Positions 8,938 through 17,062 of a stretch of DNA of 64,000 nt are shown piece after piece; within the stretch, counting starts at the first letter, position 1; the number at the start of each line of letters is the position of its first letter. The position numbers and the translations under genes were made by a program. The notes under the pieces were generated by a model, which did no database searches, was not told the origin of the DNA, and was given only the letters and a program-made list of their open reading frames with translations. The stretch lies in the sequence record LR756504.1; one strand, 5' to 3'.

Positions 8938-10809
8938 ATGAAGTATATTAAGAATTTTAGTGATAAACTTTTTGAGAATCTTATTTTAGAAAAAGAACTT
9001 ATCATAAGTGATAAATTAAAAGATATTCTTAAGAAAATGAGGCATCCATTTGCATCATTAATATTATCTAAGCTTGGTGAAGATTTAGTTGATAGTTCAT
9101 ATATAGATATTGACAAAGAACCTGGTATGATTAATTATATTCCTTATAATAAAGAAATTGACTTCCATACTAAGAAAGAGTTAACTGAGCCTGATAAGTG
9201 GATTAAAAGTAGAACTAAACAGCCTATAGCTAGAGTTATTAAACCAATATTATCAAAGTTGAATATAATATTCAACGAATCAGATATTGAAAAATTTGTA
9301 AATGAATATAAGTCATTACAGAAACCATCTAAATTTATTTTAGCCGAAGGTAAAGATATAATTAAATATTATTCAGAAAGAAACTATTCACATGATAATG
9401 AAGAAAGTTCGAGTTTAACACATAGTTGTATGAGATATGATGATGCTGGAAAATATCTTTCAGTATACGTAAATAATCCAAATGTAAAATTAGTTGTAAT
9501 GCTTGATGAATATAATAAAGTTTCTGGTAGAGCAGTATTGTGGTTAAATGCAACAGCAAATGACAAACCGTGTATTTTTATGGATAGAATCTATACCGCT
9601 AAACAAGCATATGAAGAATCATTTAAAAATTATGCTATAAGTAATAATTGGTGGTTTAAAGTTTATCAAAGAGCATCTGATGATGATATAACTAATGGTA
9701 AAGATTCGATAATTAATGCAAAAATTAGAGTTGTTATACCAAATGATGATTGGAATCATATTAAAAAACCATATATGGACACACTTCCATATTTAAAAGA
9801 GGAGTTTGTAAATAATAAATTTGCATATACATTAAGTAATTTTGCAGGAAATACTGATTGGAAAGAAATGTGGACAAATCAAGACGGTGCTTGTACAAAA
9901 AGTACTAATTATGAAAGTTCTGAAATGGAAATGAATCTAATTTCATCTGAATTAGAATTAGATATTTCTAAATTAGTGCCACAAAAATCAAAAGGTGTGT
10001 ATCAATACGGAAATGCTAAATATTGGATAACTCCTTTAGAAAATGCTAAGAAAAGATGTGTAACTAAATTAATGAAAGATGATAATTGGAAAAGATTTGC
10101 TACTGTTAAAACTTTATCAAAAAGATATGACTATTTAATAAGAAATCAAGTTAGTGAAAAAGTTAAGGATGATATAAAAGAGTCACCAGAAAAATATATT
10201 AAATTATTATATGATACTTTAACTCCTTTTTATTGGGTGAGTAGTTTAACATCAAATATTGTAGATGGTGATAAAAAGGAATTCCTTTCTATTATATTAG
10301 AAGGTTTATTAGTAAATAAAACTATTTATAATAAATTTATAAATTTAATGCATTCTGAATTATATACATTTTATAATTTTGGTGAAATCATTGATAATTT
10401 AAAAGAATTTTCAAAAGAAAATGTAACTAAAATTGTAGACTTATATAATGGACATGATACAAAAAGATTGAGACAATTTATAATTGATAAATTTGAGAAC
10501 AAAAATAAGCCAGATAATAAATTTAATAAATTTGTTGTTGAAACTTTACCGAGAGAGCAATTAATAGCTGAATTAGATGATACTCTTTTCATTGAATATA
10601 ATTATATTCAAATTGCTAAAATAAATTCTGAATTTTTTGATGAAGAGAAATTTATGCAAGATGTTTATAAAGATGTTAAAAATTCTAAATATAGTTTAAA
10701 ATGGACATGTGAACTTTTAGCAAGATTTGAAGAAATTAGAGCAAATGTTATATCTACTGATGGTGTTGAGATTATTATTTCAGGAAAATGTATTTACAGA
10801 ATAAAATAA
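8938..10809 (+). CDS. SCMR-domain family protein, paralogue 1 (with N-terminal leader)
   Basis: SCMRY...GRAVLW...FMDRIY...WWFK...KPYMDT; leader MKYIKNFSDKLFENLILE. Confidence 0.8.
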   Translation: MKYIKNFSDKLFENLILEKELIISDKLKDILKKMRHPFASLILSKLGEDLVDSSYIDIDKEPGMINYIPYNKEIDFHTKKELTEPDKWIKSRTKQPIARVIKPILSKLNIIFNESDIEKFVNEYKSLQKPSKFILAEGKDIIKYYSERNYSHDNEESSSLTHSCMRYDDAGKYLSVYVNNPNVKLVVMLDEYNKVSGRAVLWLNATANDKPCIFMDRIYTAKQAYEESFKNYAISNNWWFKVYQRASDDDITNGKDSIINAKIRVVIPNDDWNHIKKPYMDTLPYLKEEFVNNKFAYTLSNFAGNTDWKEMWTNQDGACTKSTNYESSEMEMNLISSELELDISKLVPQKSKGVYQYGNAKYWITPLENAKKRCVTKLMKDDNWKRFATVKTLSKRYDYLIRNQVSEKVKDDIKESPEKYIKLLYDTLTPFYWVSSLTSNIVDGDKKEFLSIILEGLLVNKTIYNKFINLMHSELYTFYNFGEIIDNLKEFSKENVTKIVDLYNGHDTKRLRQFIIDKFENKNKPDNKFNKFVVETLPREQLIAELDDTLFIEYNYIQIAKINSEFFDEEKFMQDVYKDVKNSKYSLKWTCELLARFEEIRANVISTDGVEIIISGKCIYRIK

Positions 10810-10810
10810 C

Positions 10811-10819
10811 TAATATATA
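10811..10819 (+). promoter_or_regulatory. putative late promoter TAATATATA
   Basis: Between paralogues 1 and 2, 21 nt upstream of ATG 10841. Confidence 0.5.
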
Positions 10820-10840
10820 GTGAGTAAAACTTAAAAGATT

Positions 10841-12874
10841 ATGAACGAATTAATTCAATTAATTAACATTTTAAATGGACTTGTAGAAGAAAAAGAAATC
10901 GTTCTTGGTCCAACTCTTATCAAAAAATTAAAGGCTATGGATAGCCCTATTGCAAAATTCATTTTAGATTGTGCTGTTGAAAAACTTGACTTAGACGTCG
11001 ATTATTCATTTGTTGAATTTGATGAACAAGATGCAATGGTATCTCTTCTTAAAAATAGATGGGAGGATGAAGTCGGCAAAGATATATTCACTTCAAAAAG
11101 AAGAGAAAAGATGAAAATAAGCCGTTTAATTATGGCTTTAACTGTTAAGAAAGGTATTAAATTTCCAGAAAAAGAAATTGAAGAATTTGTTAATCAATAT
11201 AAATCTTCACAAAAGAAATTTGAATTTAGAGAAATAGAAGGTAGAGAAATAAAAGAATGGTATAATGAAAGAAATTATACTAATGATAGGGATGGGAATC
11301 CGTCTCTACACAATTCTTGTATGAGATTAGCAGAGACACAAAGCTACTTTACTGTTTATATGGAAAGCCCCAATGTTAGATTATTAGCATTGATTGATAA
11401 TGACACAAATAAATTAATGGGTAGAGCTATTGTATGGAAAAATGCACATATGGATGGTGTTGGTGAAGTAACTTATATGGATAGAGTTTATACCGCTAAA
11501 CAAGCATATGAAAATTTATTTAAAGATTATGCTAAATCTAAAGGTTGGTGGTTTAGAGTAGTTCAAACAAATCAAGATATGACAATTACAAATGGTACTG
11601 AAAAAAAATCAAACTGGATAATTGATTGTCAAATTGCGGATTTAGATTGGTCGCGTTATAATAAACCTTATATGGATTCATTAAAATATATGACATATAT
11701 GAGAAAGAATGGAAGATATGTTCCTGTAATGACAAATAATTCAAATAACTATAAAGAATTGTGGCAATCAACATCAGGTTCGGGTACAACAAATAATAAT
11801 TATGTCAGTGAGCACGAAAGACTACTATCAGTAGCTAGAGCTTTAGGTATTGATCAAGCATCATTAAAAGTATCCGATAATGATGAAAAAATAATAGTGC
11901 GTGATGATGGTGTTGATTTTGCATCATATTCTATGCAAGAATTGCAATTAGTTGGTGCTATAAAATTTATAGAAAAAGATAAAATAAGAGACATCGATCC
12001 TGCCAATTATATAAACATTATTCCTAATCGTGAAATTTGGGAAAAACTTAGTGAAATGTCGGTTGATGTTATAGTAGATAAATTAGTAGAATTTGAAAAA
12101 TATATTAATAAACAAAATGGTGTTAATTTATTAATTGATATTAGTACAGATGAAGAAATTCTTAGACAATTCAAATATTATTTAAATAAAAGATATGATG
12201 ATGTACTTCATTATTTAATGAAAAATGCTAAACCAAATTTAGAAAGATTTGTAGAATCTGCATCGAAATCAAAAGTAAATAAGAAAAAAATAGTTAAAGA
12301 AAGTATAGATGATGATAACGATGAAGATGATGTTAAAAATGATACTAAAGGTGTGATACAAAAAGGTGATATAAATGAGCCAGTATCATTAGATAACTTA
12401 TTAAAACAAACAGAAGTTAATATTCAACATATGGTGGACTTTTATGAAAAAAGTAAAGCTAACAAAGATGTATGTATATCATTTTTAAAACATAAAATTG
12501 CTCGTTTAAAAATAAGATTTTTCTTGAAGAAATTTGGTAAAGATGATGATAAAAGAAAACGTTTGGTTATAGAACAAGTTATACCAGCATTATCAAACAG
12601 TATGCAACCATTAGAGTTTGTAAAAAATTATCTTAAAATTTCTAATAAAGAATTCTTCAAAATAATTAGTGAAAATTTAAATAGAAATATTATTGAAAGA
12701 GTTGCAATGAACACTCTTCAAAATAATCCTGACGTTAGAAAAGAACTATTATCTATCGATAATAGAGAATTGAGAAGTGGTAATTACTATATCTATAAAG
12801 TTAAAGATGATGATAAAAAGGAAGGTGATGTGGAAATTAAGAAACGAGGACCAGGCAGACCCAGAAAAAAATAA
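10841..12874 (+). CDS. SCMR-domain family protein, paralogue 2 (leader plus C-terminal AT-hook)
   Basis: SCMRL...GRAIVW...YMDRVY...WWFR...KPYMDS; ends KKRGPGRPRKK. Confidence 0.8.
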   Translation: MNELIQLINILNGLVEEKEIVLGPTLIKKLKAMDSPIAKFILDCAVEKLDLDVDYSFVEFDEQDAMVSLLKNRWEDEVGKDIFTSKRREKMKISRLIMALTVKKGIKFPEKEIEEFVNQYKSSQKKFEFREIEGREIKEWYNERNYTNDRDGNPSLHNSCMRLAETQSYFTVYMESPNVRLLALIDNDTNKLMGRAIVWKNAHMDGVGEVTYMDRVYTAKQAYENLFKDYAKSKGWWFRVVQTNQDMTITNGTEKKSNWIIDCQIADLDWSRYNKPYMDSLKYMTYMRKNGRYVPVMTNNSNNYKELWQSTSGSGTTNNNYVSEHERLLSVARALGIDQASLKVSDNDEKIIVRDDGVDFASYSMQELQLVGAIKFIEKDKIRDIDPANYINIIPNREIWEKLSEMSVDVIVDKLVEFEKYINKQNGVNLLIDISTDEEILRQFKYYLNKRYDDVLHYLMKNAKPNLERFVESASKSKVNKKKIVKESIDDDNDEDDVKNDTKGVIQKGDINEPVSLDNLLKQTEVNIQHMVDFYEKSKANKDVCISFLKHKIARLKIRFFLKKFGKDDDKRKRLVIEQVIPALSNSMQPLEFVKNYLKISNKEFFKIISENLNRNIIERVAMNTLQNNPDVRKELLSIDNRELRSGNYYIYKVKDDDKKEGDVEIKKRGPGRPRKK

Positions 12875-12927
12875 AGTAATAAAAAAGCCCTTTAAAATTT
12901 TAAAGGGCTTTTTTATTACTTTATTTT
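12868..12927. terminator. 60-bp perfect palindrome / bidirectional terminator
   Basis: aaaataaagtaataaaaaagccctttaaaa|ttttaaagggcttttttattactttatttt between convergent paralogues. Confidence 0.85.
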
Positions 12928-14736
12928 GTATATGTAATGTCTGAGAATATTGTGTTCTCGCTCATCAATTGATAGTAATTTTTTTCTTTGCACATCTTTA
13001 ATTTGATTTTCAATCAAATCTACTAAATTAATATATCTCTCTATTTTTTTATATTTATCTGTTGTAAATGATTTTTCAATAAAATCTAATACATCAATAC
13101 ATAATGATGAATTTACCAACATATCAATAATATTAGAATCAGTATAATCATCTAAAGATATTTCACTAAAAAATCTTTGTTTTATTTCGGTAGTACCATA
13201 TTCTTCTAAAAACATTCCAACTACTTCATATAAAGCTTTTCTTGAATTAGTATTATCATTATCATAACCATATTCAATAATTTTACAATTTAATTCATTA
13301 AACTCATTAAGCTGAGTCCAACTACTAAATAGGTATGGTGCAGATGTTACAACTTGTGAAAAACCAAATTGTGAATGTTGAAATTTATCAGTAAGTCTTC
13401 TATAATAATCTCTATTTGTTATAAATGGTCTGACTAAATTTAAAAATTCTTCTCTGCTTAATTTTGTGAAAATTCTTACGTAGTTATTTTTATCTTTCTT
13501 TAAAGTTGACCAAAATTTATCCTTATTTTCACGAACATATTTAATTAATTCATTTTTATAATTTCTGTAAAAGTCACTACTTAAATTTGGAAACTTTAAC
13601 TGAAATTTTACAATATTTTCAAATGGATTTTTTAAAAATATACTTTTTACAGAATAATTTAATTCATCACCGCTATTAAAAATTTGGTATGATTCTTCAC
13701 CAATTGAATATGTATTATTATCAATTTTTATAAAATCATTAATATTTTTGTTAAGTACTTGTGCAAGAGAAAATGGTTTATCCAATGGATGTGAATAACT
13801 ATGATTAATAACAACATTACTTTGGTGATCACCAAAGCTTTGTCTATGTGCAAGAGTATCGTTATTATTTGTTAAAAATAATCCATATGTACCATCACTC
13901 TTAGGTAAAAATTTCATTAGTCTTAGTGAATCAACATAAGGACTTTTAACATTATAATTATAGTTAACATCTGTTCTAATTTCGGCTATTAAAAGTGGTT
14001 TTAATTGTTGTGTTATACCATTGGTTATTTCTGGATTTTCATTACCTTGTCTTATTTTAAACCACCATCCTCTTGCTGTAGCATACTGTTTGAATTTTTC
14101 AACAATTGAATCATTGATAGAATAAATTCTATCCATATAAGTTCCAACAGCACCATTAATTAGAATGCCATTCCAAATTAACGCTCTTCCTTCAACTTTT
14201 CCATCATCATTTAATAATGCAAGAACACCAACAACTTGTGAATTTTCCGTATATAAAGTGAACCATTCTTGACATTTATCAAATCTCATACAAGAATTCA
14301 ATAGAGAACACCCAGATGATGAATATGATGAGTTTTTATTATATGTACTTTCATTGTAATATTTACCAAAGTCTTTACCGTGAGATAATATAAAATTACC
14401 ATTATCTCTAGCACATCTATATTTATTTACAAATATTTCAATTTCGGCATCTGTAAATTCAATATTTTTACTTTGTAATATTGATCTTACGACTCTACCG
14501 ATTTTAACACTTGTTCTAACTTTAACTTTCCATTTTTCTTCCTCTGATAATCCATCTTCTTTATTTATGGGAAGATAGCTGAATATTGTAGTATCTGTTT
14601 CGGAATCAATGTAGCTAAATTTTAAATCCAATACATCTTCTTTGGAATTCAAATCCAATAAAATAATAGAAATTTTATCATTAATACGTCTCAAAGTAGA
14701 AATTAATGAATTTCCTAAAATAATTTTCTTACTCAT
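12916..14736 (-). CDS. SCMR-domain family protein, paralogue 3 (leaderless; start likely 14736, MSKKIILG)
   Basis: SCMRF...GRALIW...YMDRIY...WWFK...SPYVDS; start chosen by alignment with paralogue 4. Confidence 0.8.
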   Translation of the reverse strand: MSKKIILGNSLISTLRRINDKISIILLDLNSKEDVLDLKFSYIDSETDTTIFSYLPINKEDGLSEEEKWKVKVRTSVKIGRVVRSILQSKNIEFTDAEIEIFVNKYRCARDNGNFILSHGKDFGKYYNESTYNKNSSYSSSGCSLLNSCMRFDKCQEWFTLYTENSQVVGVLALLNDDGKVEGRALIWNGILINGAVGTYMDRIYSINDSIVEKFKQYATARGWWFKIRQGNENPEITNGITQQLKPLLIAEIRTDVNYNYNVKSPYVDSLRLMKFLPKSDGTYGLFLTNNNDTLAHRQSFGDHQSNVVINHSYSHPLDKPFSLAQVLNKNINDFIKIDNNTYSIGEESYQIFNSGDELNYSVKSIFLKNPFENIVKFQLKFPNLSSDFYRNYKNELIKYVRENKDKFWSTLKKDKNNYVRIFTKLSREEFLNLVRPFITNRDYYRRLTDKFQHSQFGFSQVVTSAPYLFSSWTQLNEFNELNCKIIEYGYDNDNTNSRKALYEVVGMFLEEYGTTEIKQRFFSEISLDDYTDSNIIDMLVNSSLCIDVLDFIEKSFTTDKYKKIERYINLVDLIENQIKDVQRKKLLSIDEREHNILRHYIYKIK

Positions 14737-14870
14737 GTTTGATTTAAATTGAATTAATATTTGATAGAATATTTCATATATACTATTGAATATCAACAAT
14801 ATATATTATTGACAATATTAAATGAGCCTTTTTGATAATTTAAAATACCCATTAATACCTTTAATTTTAA

Positions 14871-14902
14871 CAAAGATAGTTAATATGTTTATATAAAACA
14901 AG
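14871..14902 (-). promoter_or_regulatory. Bacteroidota-type promoter (near consensus)
   Basis: Minus strand CTTG-N20-TATCTTTG upstream of paralogue 3. Confidence 0.55.
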
Positions 14903-14932
14903 AAATGTATAAAAAAATTTATATATAGTTTT

Positions 14933-15193
14933 ATGGGATTACATAAAGATAAAGAATTACAAGAGCTATACTTTTTAAAGCATAGAAAAGATAATCCTCT
15001 TCATAGACACTTTCCTTGGGAAGATAGTCTTTTAAAGAATACTACCTCAACTTATATATGGAAAAATCCTATAATGAATACATTTTTAACAAAAATTGAG
15101 AAGATATTAGTATTAATGGTTGAAAAAATGAATGTTGCGAGAAACTTTTTTAACTATACCGTAGATAAATATTATAATGACCATTGGGGTTAA
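14933..15193 (+). CDS. hypothetical protein
   Basis: 86-aa ORF preceded by TTATATATA (14919-14927). Confidence 0.6.
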   Translation: MGLHKDKELQELYFLKHRKDNPLHRHFPWEDSLLKNTTSTYIWKNPIMNTFLTKIEKILVLMVEKMNVARNFFNYTVDKYYNDHWG

Positions 15194-15212
15194 AAATATT
15201 TACACTCTTTTA

Positions 15213-15240
15213 AAACAAATTCTATAGAATTTACTATAAT
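15213..15240 (+). promoter_or_regulatory. putative middle promoter AAAC-N18-TATAAT
   Basis: Same architecture recurs upstream of 27942, 42973, 43106 and 45210. Confidence 0.5.
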
Positions 15241-15257
15241 TAAAAAAGAATTATAAT

Positions 15258-15824
15258 ATGAGAGTTGATCACATGGCTTTTAGGGTAGCAGATAAAGAAA
15301 AAACTGCTAAATTTTTCATAGAATGTTTTGGCTATAGATTAGCCGAAGATTTACCAGATGGATTTGATATTACATTTGAAGATAATACTACAGCTAAATG
15401 TTTAGTATTATTACCACCAGAAAAAGCTATAGGTGGTGCTAATTTACCATGGTTAACATATATGACAGATTTTGATAAGAAGTTAGGACAAGAATATCAT
15501 TTAGCTCCTGAAATATTTATATCGCAAGGTTCGCCTGGTTCTGTAGTTGATGAATGGGTTAAAAAAAGACAAGTGTATGGTGGAGCACTTTTACACCATA
15601 TCGCATATCAAGTTGATTCGGTTGAACTAAAAATGAAAGAATGGCAAGAAAAAGGATATGCTGAATTTACTACAGAAAAACCTTTAACATGCCCAGGTCT
15701 TACTCAAGTATTTACTAAACCATCCGAACTTACAGGTATTATATATGAATTTATTGAAAGAGAGTCGCACGGTTTCTGTAAAGAGAATGTAAAAGACTTG
15801 ATGAATTCTACTAAAGGACTATAA
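15258..15824 (+). CDS. VOC (glyoxalase / methylmalonyl-CoA epimerase / HPPD-like) superfamily protein
   Basis: RVDHMAFRV, LHHIAYQVDSV, QVFTKP...IYEFIER metal-ligand pattern. Confidence 0.8.
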   Translation: MRVDHMAFRVADKEKTAKFFIECFGYRLAEDLPDGFDITFEDNTTAKCLVLLPPEKAIGGANLPWLTYMTDFDKKLGQEYHLAPEIFISQGSPGSVVDEWVKKRQVYGGALLHHIAYQVDSVELKMKEWQEKGYAEFTTEKPLTCPGLTQVFTKPSELTGIIYEFIERESHGFCKENVKDLMNSTKGL

Positions 15825-15832
15825 ATGACTTT

Positions 15833-15860
15833 GGGGACTTTTGTGTCCCCTTTGTTTTTT
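15833..15860 (+). terminator. rho-independent terminator
   Basis: GGGGAC-ttttgt-GTCCCC followed by a T-rich tract. Confidence 0.7.
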
Positions 15861-15978
15861 ATTTATATCAAGTTGAGATTTTATACATCAATTTTAATCC
15901 CGAACTATCAATATTTTTATCAACATTATAAAACAAAGAATTATTTTTTTATATATAGTAAAAGTCTTTTTATATTAA

Positions 15979-16371
15979 ATGTCAGAAAAAAGTGTTGCTA
16001 AAAAATTTGGACGTGTAGTTAAACTACCTAAAAATTACGATGCTGTAAAATTCATGGAAAATGTTAAAATTCCAAGAAATAAATTATGGTATGTTCTTGT
16101 AGAAAAACAGCAAGCATCAGATCCAACAGAAGAATTACACATGATTAAATATAACCAAGATGGTGTCAATCTTAATCAATTTGTTGCAGAATTAAAATCA
16201 TATTATTTGACTAAATTCAAAGATGATAAAAAAATGACGGCTGTGATAGAAAAAATTACAGTTAAAGGTAATGAAAAATTTTCCATTATTCAAAATATTC
16301 CAACACTTGAAATTGATGGTGAAAAATTAATAAGTAAAATAACTAAAGACTTAATTAAATTATTAAAATAA
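15979..16371 (+). CDS. hypothetical protein
   Basis: 130-aa ORF preceded by TTATATATA (15949-15957). Confidence 0.7.
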   Translation: MSEKSVAKKFGRVVKLPKNYDAVKFMENVKIPRNKLWYVLVEKQQASDPTEELHMIKYNQDGVNLNQFVAELKSYYLTKFKDDKKMTAVIEKITVKGNEKFSIIQNIPTLEIDGEKLISKITKDLIKLLK

Positions 16372-16396
16372 AAAAAAGCCCATCTAGGGCTTTTTT
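16372..16396. terminator. bidirectional terminator
   Basis: AAAAAAGCCC-atcta-GGGCTTTTTT between convergent genes. Confidence 0.75.
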
Positions 16397-16397
16397 A

Positions 16398-16649
16398 TTA
16401 ACTTTCAACTATTATAAAAATATTGATATCATCAATAAAATGTATTGAATCTGCACACATAGTTCTTGATAGAGCCTCTAAATATTCATATGCTTTCTTC
16501 ATTTTTTGACTATAAATCTTAATTTCAGTTAAAATAAACTCTTGTTTAAATAGATTTTCTTCATTTCTCAGAATAACATCTTTTGAGTAGATTGAATTTT
16601 CAAGTTTTGTTATAATAGCATATAATTCTTCTTTATACGATTTAGCCAT
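16398..16649 (-). CDS. hypothetical protein
   Basis: 83-aa ORF. Confidence 0.55.
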   Translation of the reverse strand: MAKSYKEELYAIITKLENSIYSKDVILRNEENLFKQEFILTEIKIYSQKMKKAYEYLEALSRTMCADSIHFIDDINIFIIVES

Positions 16650-16712
16650 AATTTTCTCATTTCTTTAAATATATGTAAAAATAATAAATAATACAAATAA
16701 AAGTATAAAAAA

Positions 16713-17018
16713 TTATTTCTCCATTTTTTCTATTAAATCGCGACATTCTATACATTTTTCATAATCTTCAACTTCTATGAATTTATTTAGGCATTTTTTT
16801 AAAGGTGATATTAACTTAGTTCTACTTACTTTAACATTATAAAGAATACCTTCCAAGTGAACATAAAAAAGTGTCAGAGTCTCCATATCAGTTTCTATAT
16901 GATTTTTTATTTTATTATAAACATAATTATTAATTGTTGAAACATCATCAGTTAAAGCTTTATTAATGTCCTCAACTGAGTCAAAAACATAGGTATCTAA
17001 TTTTTTTGAATAGTACAT
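16713..17018 (-). CDS. hypothetical protein with C-terminal UVR-like motif
   Basis: Ends FIEVEDYEKCIECRDLIEKME, resembling the UvrB/UvrC (EdYEkAa.lRD.I) motif. Confidence 0.55.
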   Translation of the reverse strand: MYYSKKLDTYVFDSVEDINKALTDDVSTINNYVYNKIKNHIETDMETLTLFYVHLEGILYNVKVSRTKLISPLKKCLNKFIEVEDYEKCIECRDLIEKMEK

Positions 17019-17062
17019 ATAATTCCTTTTATTTATGTATTTATTATTTTTATAATCTGTTT

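Noticed and set aside
14737-14799. ORF-track N-terminal extension of paralogue 3 (TTG at 14799)
   Set aside because: It has no homology to the other paralogues; ATG 14736 aligns with the start of paralogue 4
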